Of a stretch of 64,000 nucleotides of DNA, positions 15,075 through 28,893 are shown piece after piece. The position numbers and the translations under genes are program-made. The notes beneath the pieces were generated by a model. It was not told the DNA's origin. It did no database searches and saw only the letters and a program-made list of their open reading frames with translations. Numbering within the stretch: the first letter of the stretch is position 1; each line of letters starts with the position of its first letter. The stretch comes from Eledone cirrhosa (lineage: Eukaryota), in contig OZ024742.1 in NCBI GenBank assembly GCA_964016885.1, forward strand, positions 345,154,001 to 345,218,000, written 5' to 3'.

Positions 15075-15442
15075 TTCTTTATTAGCCACAAGGGCGCAAC
15101 AAGAAAGGGGACAATACAAAGACATGCCGGGGATTTTACATACAGTCGTGTAAAAAATATAAAAACAAACAATTTCAACAATCGAAATCCCCAATAGGGG
15201 GGAGGCGCCACAAATGGGTTGTTTAATACCCCGTCGATAGAACAACCCTCAACTCAAGGAGCGTGTTGTGCAAGTGCTCCTTTCTTCCTTTTGCTCTCTT
15301 CCTCAACCTACAGGCTTATAAACAGAGAAGGCCCAATCATTCGGGCCATTTTCGCTTCATTCACCCACCTTTCAGTAAATTTACTGGGGTGCAGTGCCTC
15401 TCTCTCCACCCTGATTCTCCTTCTAAAGTGATACTTAAAGAA
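15075..15442 (-). mobile_element. 3' end of a Tx1-type LINE inserted in (GATA)n
   Basis: Minus strand cactttagaaggagaatcagggtggagagagaggcactgcaccccagta is similar to 63948-64000; aataaa at the 3' end; (GATA)n on both sides. Confidence 0.7.
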
Positions 15443-15490
15443 TGGATATATAGATAGATAGATAGATAGATAGATAGATTGATAGATGGA

Positions 15491-15596
<106 letters not shown>

Positions 15597-15977
15597 GAAT
15601 ATAGCTTTTTTACTTAAGTTAGTCCTCATAATTAGTCGACATTGAAAGGCATTATTTCATTTTTACAGAAGTACCTCAGCAAAAGATGAGGTTCGCGTCT
15701 GATTACGCTAAATTATACATTTACATCAGATAACTACTTCCACATACATCAGCGTGGTTCCCCTGTTTAATATAATATTAATATAATGTTATTTAATGTT
15801 TTACTTGTCTACGTAATGGAGAAAGAATCTACATGGCAACTAATGTCTTTCAATCTTATTTTCTTCTTCAGATTTCTAATATTTGTTTTCTATAAAACAG
15901 ATTGCTTTGCTTACGGGTATGGACTTGACATTCTGTTCGTTTTATAGACTTTGTTTTGCTAAGAATATATATGTATG

Positions 15978-16041
<64 letters not shown>

Positions 16042-16158
16042 CTTAAAACTAAAACTAAATACTAACCAATACTTATTACTAATTTATACTTATTCCTAAT
16101 TAAACTATTTCTCACTGGGAAAAATGTGTCAGCATTTTCTTTTCCTTTTACTAATATA

Positions 16159-16244
<86 letters not shown>

Positions 16245-17009
16245 TGCATATATATATATATATAAATATGTGTGTGTATGTATATATATATATAAAGAGG
16301 GAGAGAGATACATATACATATATATATATATATATGTGTGTGTGTATATGTATTTATGTATATATATATGTGTGTATATATATATGTGTGTGTGTGTGTG
16401 TGTTTCTGTGGTTTTCTGTCTGTGCGTGCATGTGTGAACATATTGAATATATATATAATTGATGTACGAATTCCATTATTTTGTTCTTTGTTAATGTATT
16501 ATTTAACATATGTGTATGTATCTATATATGTATGCATGTATGTATGTATGAGTGCATCTATGTTCGTACGCCTCCATATACGTACGTGTGTGTGCGTGTG
16601 CATCAATGCATGTGTGGTCGTGTGTTAATTTATGTGTATATGTCGATGAAATATGCGTTTTGTCTATATTATATTTTTGATTAATTAAAGGACGTTTACA
16701 TTAAAAAAATACTGGTAAGCATCTTTATTCTTTATCCATAATTAACCAATACGGATTCAGATGTCGTCTGTTGTTCTTCCATTTATTTCCATATTTATTT
16801 CCAGCAATTGGTGTTTTAGTCAAGTACGTCGTTTCACAACCATGTAGCTCTGAGTTTAGTACAGCTACTCGGTAACTTGGACAAGAGATCTCTAATATAT
16901 CCTCAGTTTGGTCAATGCATTATGTGTGGAATTTGAGACACAGAATGGGAAAACTTCAGAATTCTGTCATATATATGTATATATATATGATATATGATAA
17001 CTTGTTATC

Positions 17010-17065
<56 letters not shown>

Positions 17066-17093
17066 AGAAATAGTGTGTGTGTGTATGTATATG

Positions 17094-17129
<36 letters not shown>

Positions 17130-17131
<2 letters not shown>

Positions 17132-17534
17132 GATAACGAGCTATTGTTTTAGATAATCCAGTTGGAGGTTGTGAGTACTCTGTACTATGGATAGTTTTAA
17201 CGTACGGCGTTGTTTGACTCAACAAGAGGTTTCCTTAGTTAGGTAGTGAGTTTGCGAGAATTCCCATGCAGGTCATTCTTGAAGTAATAGTAGTGAAAGA
17301 GTGAAGAATAACATGGTCGGCTGTGCAAAAAGGGTTTTATATACAGTATTAAAAATTGTTTAATTGATTCAGTATTCCAATGATTTGATCAGAGACACAG
17401 ACTGTATTTAAGGTAGAGTGACGCAATTTCGAGTGATCAGCGGCCTTTAGACTCACCTGATCAATGAAACAATTGCTAATACTGTAAATAAAACCTTTTT
17501 TGTACAGCCGACCATGTTATTCTTCATTCTTTCA

Positions 17535-17537
<3 letters not shown>
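17130..17537. mobile_element. HHR-containing repeat with inverted arms (17293-17369 and 17460-17536), between microsatellites
   Basis: Arms are diverged reverse complements; 17130-17340 is distantly similar to 32281-32500. Confidence 0.7.
17370..17484 (+). ncRNA. Decayed hammerhead with 82-nt helix II domain
   Basis: cagtatt-CCAATGA-t-ttgatcag...ctgatcaa-t-GAAA-caattg-ct-aatactg: 7-bp helix I, 8-bp helix II base, core mutated. Confidence 0.55.
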
Positions 17538-17625
<88 letters not shown>

Positions 17626-18028
17626 CGTGCGCGTGCGTGTGTGTGTGTGTGTGTACATATTTATATACAACTATGTTCGAAGCTAAATTCTATTCTATTA
17701 TAAGTTGAGCCAACTTATACAGCTTCATATACAAATGAGATTAATCACATCATTTACACAGAAGACTAAACTATATATTCTCGCCTGTCTCCTTCCTAGT
17801 CCAGCAGTTGCAAGTGTGGGAGGGATCGTCTTGACGAGGACCAGTTGAGTTATGCATCAACGAATGTCCCCCTTGCTTCTGCCGAACACCGCTTGGTAGG
17901 GCTAATTAGCAGTGTTATTCATAGCTATGACTTTCTAAATGTTTATTTATAAACATACTGTATTTCTTTAGAAATACGAAATTCAAATATATATTTGTAT
18001 ACAGTTATGTTCGAAGCTAAATTCTAAT

Positions 18029-18061
<33 letters not shown>

Positions 18062-18283
18062 ACACACATACATGCGCACACTCACACACATATATACACA
18101 AATGTATATACATATATACAAATACTGGAATTGTATAATAAAGACCGTAGCGGTATGTCATATATTAAATCATATATTTTATCTGATGAAGACGTACTGA
18201 AAAAAAAAACAGTACCTTTGAAGTAGATATAATAAAGCATATAATTTGATTATGTGAATATCTTTCATTTTTTTAATATTTTG

Positions 18284-18313
<30 letters not shown>

Positions 18314-18319
<6 letters not shown>

Positions 18320-19302
18320 ATACTTTGGGAGGGTCATGTTGCCAATAAGAAACACACTCACCAGTTGCTTTCACTTCAATTTATTATATATTTATAAATT
18401 TACAAATTTACAAATCTATAAATTTCTGGTTGGTTGGTTGGTTCCACAACCAGATAGTTGTTTATATATAGTCATAGTCCTTTCGTCACACACTCTGTGA
18501 CCTCTTCAGTGACTGGGGATTCCTTTCTTTGTTTCTGTGCCTTTCCTTTCTTCTGTCCTTCGCCATTTTGTTTCTGTGTGTGTGTTGTGTGCTCAGTTTG
18601 CGCATGCGCCACATCCGGGTGTCAGTGTGTGTTTATGTTCATTTATCTATTTGTTTATTTATTTATTTATTTATTTATTTACATGTTATTGGTTGGTTGT
18701 TTGTTCTATGTGTGTGTGTGTTTTCATTTTGTCCTTAATTGTAAGTTGTGATGTTGCTGTTCCACTCACATTTTCTATTTAATTTTGGTTGTAATTCTTT
18801 TATGTTTATTGTCTCTGTAATTTGTCTAAAAGAGGCAATAAACATAAAAGAATTACAACCAAAATTAAATAGAAAATATGAGTGGAACAGCAACATCACA
18901 ACTTACAATTAAGGACAAAATGAAAACACACACACACATAGAACAGACAACCAACCAATAACATGTAAATAAATAAATAAATAAACAAATAGATAAATGA
19001 ACATAAACACACACAGACACCCGGATGTGGCGCATGCGCAAATTGAGCACACAACACACACACAGAAACAAAATGGCGCAGAAACAAAGAAAGGAATCCC
19101 CAGTCACTGAAGAGGTCACAGAGTGTGTGACGAAAGGACTATGACTATATATAAACAACTATCTGGTTGTGGAACCAACCAACCAACCAGAAATTTATAG
19201 ATTTGTAAATTTGTAAATTTATAAATATATAATAAATTGAAGTGAAAGCAACTGGTGCGTGTGTTTCTTATTGGCAACATGACCCTCCCAAAGTATAACA
19301 AT
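18314..19302. repeat. Long inverted repeat (~490-bp arms, ~14-nt spacer) between (TA)n tracts; Penelope pseudo-LTR-like
   Basis: Arms differ by a few substitutions and a ~21-bp indel; mirror ORFs appear in the track. Confidence 0.95.
19102..19146 (+). ncRNA. Minimal type-I hammerhead (mirror copy at 18470-18514 on minus)
   Basis: agtca-CTGAAGA-g-gtcac(agagtgt)gtgac-GAAA-ggac-TA-tgact. Confidence 0.8.
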
Positions 19303-19497
19303 ATCGGTTTCAACACACGATTTCAGATAAAGAATCTTGCTAAACAAATTCAGAAACGAAATATATATATATATATATATTTGAATTTATTAATATATTG
19401 AACATTTACTCCAGTACTCTCTTGAGTGCTTTATATCAGTTATAAAACTTTTAAGCTTGTCGAATCCTAACAAATTAAATATAAATATAACTTTTGC

Positions 19498-19534
<37 letters not shown>

Positions 19535-19573
19535 TTTATATATCTATTGTGTTGTTGTTTCTGTTTACCTTTT

Positions 19574-19637
<64 letters not shown>

Positions 19638-19648
19638 ACACACACACA

Positions 19649-19813
<165 letters not shown>

Positions 19814-20589
19814 GTAGTATAAGGTTTCAGATAAGAGTTAGGTACAAATATATATTCGGCTTATTGGAAACCTCGTTAAAAGAAAGACCTTGCAACATAT
19901 GTATTCATTCGCCCATGCTGACACAACTGAATTTATTGGAGTCTATAAGAATAGTTTTACCTTAAATAAAATGAGCACCCCTTTAAATAACACACATCCT
20001 CTACGTGTAATAATATCCATAGGTGAGATTTCTCTATTTCAGGGTCTTGTATTACAGCCATTTTTAATATTAAATCAAAATCAAGAATATTTGAGGTCAT
20101 TTCCACCATTCTGTATTGAGAAATCCAATAACCAAATTGATAAAACGGTTTAATTGCTAAAAAGTGTAAATACTATACTTGGTAAGATATTCAAATTAAT
20201 AAGAAGCAAACGTAATTTATATATTAACAGAAAAAACTTTATTAACAATTGCTTACGTGTGTTTTATACATATGATACTGTAGACATGAAACATCATATC
20301 ATTTTCCAGGTTACCGGATGAAAATAGCAGGTGTTCTGCGCATGAAATTATTACATTGATGTGTCACATATTTATTTTCGAACATTTTTCGGGAAGCAAT
20401 CATATCTCTATGTATTATTTCGATGCGTCGTCACGATGATTTCATACCTCTGTTATTTGGGGAGCAATAGGTAATGTGAAACCCGGATTTACAATTCAAG
20501 CACATTCAACTCCTAATAATAATAATAATATATATAAATATATATATATATATAAATATATATAAATATATATAAATATATATATATAA

Positions 20590-20714
<125 letters not shown>

Positions 20715-20929
20715 AAAGTACAGTACATAGTATATATATATATATATTATGATAGAATATTTAAAAAAATCAATCGTCTATAGTTAGTATTCTTTTCACC
20801 TTAGCGAATCAGTTCCCTTACAATTTGAACACATATATGTATATGTCTGTGCTCGTTTTTCTTTTATATTCTATTATAATATACGGTTCAGAAATATCTC
20901 TTTCTTAGAGCTATTTTATTGTGAGAGAC

Positions 20930-21114
<185 letters not shown>

Positions 21115-21202
21115 AGTTATTTGGTGTGTTGATTATTCAACAAATTTAATTTATTACAGATTAGAAGCGCCCAACGAATTTTCCGGTGTATCATTAATAT
21201 AG

Positions 21203-21381
21203 ATAACATTAATAAATGGAAAATATCTTTATAAAACCATATTTATTTTATTTTATTATACGTATTTCAAGGGTACTAATATTTTAGTACATTTTCGTCA
21301 GATAACATATTAGTACAATTGAAATACGTATAATAAAATAAATATGGTTTTATAAAGATATTTTCCATTTATTAATGTTAT
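21203..21381. repeat. Inverted repeat turning within a hammerhead motif
   Basis: ataacattaataaatgg...gtactaatat mirrors atattagtac...aatgttat. Confidence 0.9.
21253..21305 (-). ncRNA. Minimal type-I hammerhead
   Basis: Minus strand: ttat-CTGACGA-aaatgtactaa(aata)ttagtaccctt-GAAA-tacgta-TA-ataa; palindrome atacgtat. Confidence 0.75.
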
Positions 21382-21387
21382 TGATAT

Positions 21388-21465
<78 letters not shown>

Positions 21466-21849
21466 GAAAATAAAAGTTACGGGCGAAAGAGGGCAATATC
21501 CATCGTCAGTTGTCTGCTAGGAATCATATATATATATATATATAGCACAGAGTAAGGTTGGAATACCAACTTTACTAGTTAAATAAATTAGGAATATGAA
21601 ACTTGAGGTAGAAATAGTAGATAATCACTTCCAGGGGTATATACCCGTTTTATGGTACACTCATAATATAAATTATACGTTGCGGTACTTTGTAAGCATG
21701 ATTGCAAAACATACGTTGAAATGTATGTCAATGTTTGTGTAAAGATTAATTATTATGTTTAAAGGTATATAAAAGACAACAAACATTTAACGATGTGATG
21801 GCTATCATTAAATGATGTAAAATACGTTGACGATGAAGGCAAGAGGTTC

Positions 21850-22095
21850 GTCAGACTAGTGCTTATGCAGATTTCGTGTCGTGAAACGACTGAGTGTGCA
21901 AGACTTCTCCCTGGACAGGACGCCAGTCCATCGCAGGCTTAAATCCCCAGCTATTACTAGTACTCATTTTCAACTGAGTATACTGGAGCAACGTGAAATG
22001 AAGTGTTTTGCTCAGAAACACGACCCAATTCAGGAATCGAACCCAGGATATTATGATCGTAGGTCCAACACGCTTACCACTAAGCCAAGTGCCTT
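21850..22095 (-). mobile_element. Second tRNA-derived SINE family
   Basis: Similar to 57090-57325(-). Head has a ggttcgattcc B-box followed by a gagcaa...cactt domain. Related heads at ~14370-14660(-), 37668-37970(+) and 55722-56020(+). Confidence 0.7.
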
Positions 22096-22564
22096 TGTAT
22101 ATTGGTATTTATAAATTGGCATGGTCCCGTAACTGCTGATGGAGTTGTACGGGTACCGTATTGATATACGGAGTTTCTGGGGCATTTTGAAACCTGGGGT
22201 AGCCCATCTCCTCTCCAGGCCTGAATACAGCAGATTTCTTCCAAAGAAGGATAAAGAGAGTTATAGAAAGTAAGTGAGAAAGAGATGTAGAGGAAGAATC
22301 TAACCCAGAACTAGACTGGTACATTTTTTATCGACCTCGTAAGGATGAAAGGCAAAGTTGACCTCTTTGCTATTTGAACACAGAACAGTAAACAGAAACA
22401 AATGCCACACAGTATTCTATCCGACATTATAACAACTCGGTGGATTGTCAGTATCGGTAGAGGGTCGGACGCCATGCTTTGCAGCAAAGAGTTACGGCCC
22501 TTTATGGTGTGAGTTCAAATCTCGCTGAGGTTAATTTGCCTTTCATCCTTACGGAGTCGATAAA

Positions 22565-22988
22565 ATAAAGTACCAGTAATACACTGTGATAATTGCTGGC
22601 CTCGTGCCAAAAGTAGAAACAATTATTATACTAAGAATAAAGTACCAGTAATGTACTGGAATAATTGCTGGCCTTGTCCCAAAAGTAGAAACAATTATTA
22701 TACTAAGAATAAAGTACCAGTAATGTACTGAGATAATTGCTGGCCTTGTGCCAAAAGTAGAAACAATTATTATACTAAGAATAAAGTACCAGTAATGTAC
22801 TGAGATAATTGCTGGCCTTGTCCCAAAAGTAGAAACAATTATTATACTAAGAATAAAGTACCAGTAATGTACTGAGATAATTGCTGGCCTTGTCCCAAAA
22901 GTAGAAACAATTATTATATTAAGAATAAAGTACCAGTAATGTACTGAGATAATTGCTGGCCTTGTGCCAAAAGTAGAAACAATTATAA
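22565..22988 (+). repeat. 72-bp minisatellite (~6 copies) derived from the 3' end of a SINE
   Basis: Unit aataaagtaccagtaatgtactgagataattgctggccttgtgccaaaagtagaaacaattattatactaag, continuing from the SINE at ~22450. Confidence 0.9.
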
Positions 22989-23224
22989 CAACTCTGCCAA
23001 TTCGCCGCCGTATTTATGAATTACCCCCTTTAATTCAGTTTTCTACTATGTCCTTCACAACACCTCAGAACATTTAAATCTGTTTATATATTGTTTCAAA
23101 ACTATGAATAGGGGCTGGGGATGGGATGTGATACGAAAAAAAAATTAAGAAAATGGAAGACAATAAAATTCTAGTAATAGCATTTCCTCACTGACTATAA
23201 TGTAGCAGTAGCAGCAACAGCAAC

Positions 23225-23304
<80 letters not shown>

Positions 23305-23366
23305 CAGCAGCAGTATGTAAATTATCTATAGAGATTTCTGATATTTTCCCGATGTTAGATCCATCC

Positions 23367-23418
<52 letters not shown>

Positions 23419-23439
23419 GTATGTATATATATATATATG

Positions 23440-23520
<81 letters not shown>

Positions 23521-23596
23521 ACTAGAAATTGATTAACATATAAATAAACATGAATAATCACAGGAGATAATTTATTTTCCGGATTTAGATTAATTT

Positions 23597-23633
<37 letters not shown>

Positions 23634-23688
23634 GTGTATATATATATGTACAATATATATAAATATATATACATTATATATACACATA

Positions 23689-23736
<48 letters not shown>

Positions 23737-23745
23737 CATATATAT

Positions 23746-23817
<72 letters not shown>

Positions 23818-25533
23818 GGTTGTGTGTGTGTGTATAATGTTTCTTTCCACATATGTAACCAGAATGTCTGAAGAGCACAACAACATTAGTGAAACTACAC
23901 AGAATTTGGAGAATCGTATTATTAACATTAGCAAACAAACACATCTCAAAACATTAAAATAAATTATTTGAAGTGCTTAGCCTACCCACTAAACCAATAA
24001 TATTAATGAATATTTACATATCTATAATTCATACGTTGTAGTAATATAGATATTAAAAAATGACAAATACACCTCACAGCTTTGCCCGTTTAACAGGTCT
24101 CCTATGAGGTTATATCTCGCAAGAGGTTCTCATGTATTTTACAGGTAGAGACCCAAGTCCTCTCATAAAAAGCATCCTGAAATGAAGTGTCTTGGTCAAT
24201 AAAATAACCTGTCGCGTGATCCAGGAATCAAACCCGCGACTTCATGATTGTAGATCCAACACCATAACATCTAAGTCATCCAATGTTTCTGAAATTTTCA
24301 GTACACACGTTTGCAGATTTAGCTGTTGCATCTCAATGGAGGTTTCTTCGATATCTACTGATAGAGTTTCAAGTCCTATCATGAAAAGCAACATGAAATG
24401 AAGTGTCTTGCTCAATAACGCAACGCGCAGCCTTGTCCAGGAACGGAAACCACAACCATGAACGTGAGTCAAACAACTATTCCACCCGTCTTCATGTGGA
24501 AATACGGAGATCATAAATGGATGAAGAATTATATATAACATATGAGAATCTAAAAAGAAGAAATACTGTCGAAATATCCAATATTTCATATAAACATATA
24601 TTATATTGGAAATGAAAGGAAAGAAAAGGAAACGATGATCAGATCGCACCGAAGAAACAGTGGGCTTCTCACTGATGTTTCTATTTGCCGGTTGCAATTC
24701 CTGGCGATGTGAACTAAATACTGCAACACGTACGTGCCTGCCTTCTCCTGTTGTTTCCGTCGTCGATTTTTGTTCAAGCGTGTTCCAACACATAGTTGAA
24801 ATGTTTAAATAAAAATGTACACTCCTCTGTAATCATTAAAAATATATTCATGATTTTGTATCAGTATGGTGTGTAATTCTCGGAAGGAATTATCAATCGC
24901 TAATGAATTTTCCAGTACTAGATTCGATAATCGATTTAAGTCCAAGTGTTTCTCGTGTGACGTCAATATCTTGGTATGTCTTTTTACAAGTGTATTTTAT
25001 ATTTTAAAGATTTTATAGCCGTAAAAAGGACAAATACAATATAAGAAGAAACAAAAACAATATATTAGAGGAATGATGTAATTTGTGGAATTGATTGCAG
25101 CATATTACTGGTATTTATTGTCACAAAACTCTCAAAAGGGTGGAAGTATGTTCGAATTGTTTTAAATCAAAACGGAGGAGGACGAAAGTATATAGTGTCT
25201 TATAATCTGACGTATTACTCTCTCAACCACCAGTAACAGATACATTCAGATATTAATGTCATATGACGTCGTAGAAGAGATATAATAATAATAATCATAT
25301 TAAAGATGGTATCACAAGGTCTGAGGGAGAGAAGGTACACCTGAAAGTTAGGTTAACACAGTACACGATACATATGGCGTACACAGAAATGGTAACAGAG
25401 TACATACACATGAGTAATAGATTAACGCTGTATTTGATCCTATCGATCATCTTTTGAGATAAATTACATTCAAAATATTGAATTTTGTTCATTTAATCAT
25501 TAATTCAAACATACGTCTTCATTTCAGCGTTCT

Positions 25534-26260
25534 TCAAAGTTTTGATGTTGATGTTTTTAGACTACTCACTGGACGTGACGTCATATGAGAATCAAATGAA
25601 TCTGAGCGTTGCCTTCGATAAATACCATCTCCCAGTTTGGTGCAAACATAACAAAGAGAAACACGGAATTTCTTGCGGAAGTTCTGGCTAAATATACTAT
25701 AGAGCACTGGATTTGCAGCCGAGTTTATATAGGAGAGACTTATGGAGAAGACTCTGTATGACCAAGTACTTTCAAATTGTTTATCAGAAAAGGTGTTATA
25801 AAAGAGAAGAACTTGTGGAGGAAGGTAACTGAGCACATAAATAATCACACACGCCATCAACATTTTAACAACACCTCTCCTCGCTTTCACTGCTTCATGG
25901 GATTTTTCTGATTTACGATTATTTTCAGACCGCATCTGGAATCTTGTGGTTAATTCTTTTGCACTGACAAACAGTCGCCGAGCAATTATGGAATACAATA
26001 CAATTTGAATGCCAATTGGGAAGTAAAAATATAAGAAGGCTTCAGTATATTTGTAGAGCACTCTGTACATAATATCATAAGGTTTAGGAAACATTAGCGT
26101 ACAAAATATAAGTTTTGATTGTCCAAACCTAAGGCCATTGAATATTACTGTTGGAAGTCCACAAAGAAGAGCTATTGGCCAAATACAAACTATTGTTAAG
26201 ATAACTTTCTTCTTGCTGCAGAGAATGTGTGCCTTGATCGGATATACAATAGCGATAAAT
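25534..26260 (-). CDS. Terminal coding exon of a class A (rhodopsin-like) peptide GPCR, end of TM3 to C-terminus
   Basis: RFIAIVYP (end of the E/DRY motif, split by a phase-2 intron with acceptor tttattttcag at 26261-26271), TM4 IWPIALLCGLP, TM5 FYFP...Y, ARRGVVKML before TM6, NSAANPVLY, helix 8 FRKKF; open frame to stop. Confidence 0.93.
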
Positions 26261-27137
26261 CTGAAAATAAATAAAAAGAGAGAAACCTGTATTAACAAAT
26301 TGATGAGTATTCAATGATATCAGGATATTTATTAAACAATCATGACAAAAAGTAGAAATTCACAAAATATTGTTTTAAAATTTAAGCACCAGGTCAGTAA
26401 ATGTAGGAGAGGGGTAAAGTTGATTAATAAACACCATTATATAACTGGTATTTTATTTTATCAACCCTGGAAGGATGAAGGTTAATGTTTGATTCTGGTG
26501 AGATTTGGACGCAGAATGTCAAGAACAAATAACACGATGACAATTTTTCTGACACTCTACCCATTCTCTGAAGCTACCACCCTCAGATTTACATAATATT
26601 AGAAATGACCAACAATTTTTCCATATAAACTAAAATTCACCAGCATGTGTTTCATCTATAGCTATTAAAGCTGCCTCTTTGACTAACCCTACAGATTCAA
26701 TGCAATTTTCATCTGAGCAATGAAGGTGTGTGGCCAAGGGGTTATGGTATTTACCTGACGATTATACGGTCGTGGTTCAATTCCTGTACTGTGAGGGGGC
26801 TGCTTGACTTATTGTGCAAAATACTTTGCTTCACGTTGCCCCTTCAGCCAGGAGTTGCACAGGTAGATCATTTTAGCAATCGAAACAACAATAGAAGCAA
26901 TTTCACTTTTTAGAATTGTACTTTAGTGGGAAATTATTGATGTTTTAGCCAGAAATATATTAAATTGTACCTGGTAATTTACAGGAATACATTTACAGCA
27001 ATCATTCGTATTAATTAATATTTCAAACTGCGGTACTGAGGCAATATGAAGTAAACTCTTTTACTGAAGGACACAACGCACCATAAGCCCGAGAACCAAA
27101 CTCATGACCTAACGATTGTGAGCTTAACACTTTAAAC

Positions 27138-27283
27138 CAGGGATGAGCAACCTTCTTTGTGCAGTGAGCCACATAGGATGTGGCTCATCATAAGACGGGC
27201 CGCACTACTAGAAAATTGAAAGCAATTTTGAAATTAGGCGTGCCATTTCGAAAACCAAACGGGCCGCAGTTTACCCATGACTG
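27138..27283. mobile_element. hAT-type MITE inserted in a SINE
   Basis: Ends cagggatgagcaacc and gtttacccatgactg, subterminal gggccgca motifs, 8-bp TSD ctttaaac/atctaaac. Confidence 0.65.
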
Positions 27284-27593
27284 ATCTAAACACTTCGGCT
27301 CCATATATATCTATCAGATATATAAAGACACAGAATGTGATACATGTTCAACGTGTTTCAGGATGAGTTGACATAATATATAAGACAAATATTATTAATT
27401 GTTTCTATTTTTGGCACAAGGCCAGTAATTACCCAGTACATTACTGGTGCTTTATTTTATCGACCCCCGTGACACAAATATTATTAATGATATCAATAAT
27501 AGCAATCTAGAATAATCTACCTTTTATACAATATCCTGTGTACAGTTGTCATTTGAATAGCTCCGATTTCAAGATGTTTCGCCTCATGTAAGA

Positions 27594-27649
<56 letters not shown>

Positions 27650-27653
<4 letters not shown>

Positions 27654-27743
27654 TTAATATAGAAGAGATTCTACAGGACTAGAACTGTTTCATTCATGAA
27701 TGAAACAGTTCTAGTCCTGTAGAATCTCTTCTATATTAAAACT
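27650..27743. repeat. Spacerless perfect palindrome next to (TA)n; same family as 57405-57522
   Basis: gttttaatatagaagagattctacaggactagaactgtttcattca|tgaatgaaacagttctagtcctgtagaatctcttctatattaaaac. Confidence 0.9.
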
Positions 27744-27810
27744 TTTATGCTCTGCTATGTATTGAGGACCTTACTTACTGTGGTTACCTCCGATTCAACC
27801 CGGAATAACG

Positions 27811-27899
<89 letters not shown>

Positions 27900-28225
27900 A
27901 CACTTGGGGGGGGGGGGGTCATATTTGTATAATATTGCTAGAATTAATAACAGAACACACACACAGTTTGGTTGGTTTTCGCTTCTCGCTTGTGTCTTTT
28001 ATATCGGTAATCTAACTTACTCGGTCCTCAATGTTGCCATTGACTGACCGACGGTCAAAAATAATACAGATACAATATAGACACAAACACATATATATAG
28101 TTTACATAATTTACATAAATCTTTCGTTGCACATCTGCAACATCGTCAGTGGTGCTATCTTTTCCTCCTGTTGTATTGTATGTCTACGCCATTTTTATTC
28201 AGTCTGTCTATATATTTCATCGCCG

Positions 28226-28262
<37 letters not shown>

Positions 28263-28292
28263 TATTCAGTCTGTCTATATATTTCATCGCCG

Positions 28293-28433
<141 letters not shown>

Positions 28434-28482
28434 TATACATATATATATACATATATATACATATATATATATGTATATATAC

Positions 28483-28584
<102 letters not shown>

Positions 28585-28719
28585 ATATATATATATTCTG
28601 TACAGCACGAATCATTGAGAATGCATATATATTACGTTGAAACTGGATTTCTATGTACAAGGGACTATTGAATATATTTCTAGATGTATTTACGTTCAAG
28701 TTTAGATATTTGATGGCCG

Positions 28720-28845
<126 letters not shown>

Positions 28846-28893
28846 GGGGTGTATGTATGTATAATTGATATAGTTGTATATATATATATATAT

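Noticed and set aside
17416-17454. Antisense hammerhead nested in helix II (gagt-ctaaagg...GAAA-ttgcg-TC-actc)
   Set aside because: Core and helix II fit poorly, and the other extended motifs have no equivalent
22565-22988. CRISPR-like regular repeat
   Set aside because: Units are contiguous with no unique spacers, derive from a SINE, and sit in a eukaryotic context
26261-26298. N-terminal extension MLIQVSLFLFIF of the GPCR ORF
   Set aside because: This is the intronic polypyrimidine tract before the AG acceptor
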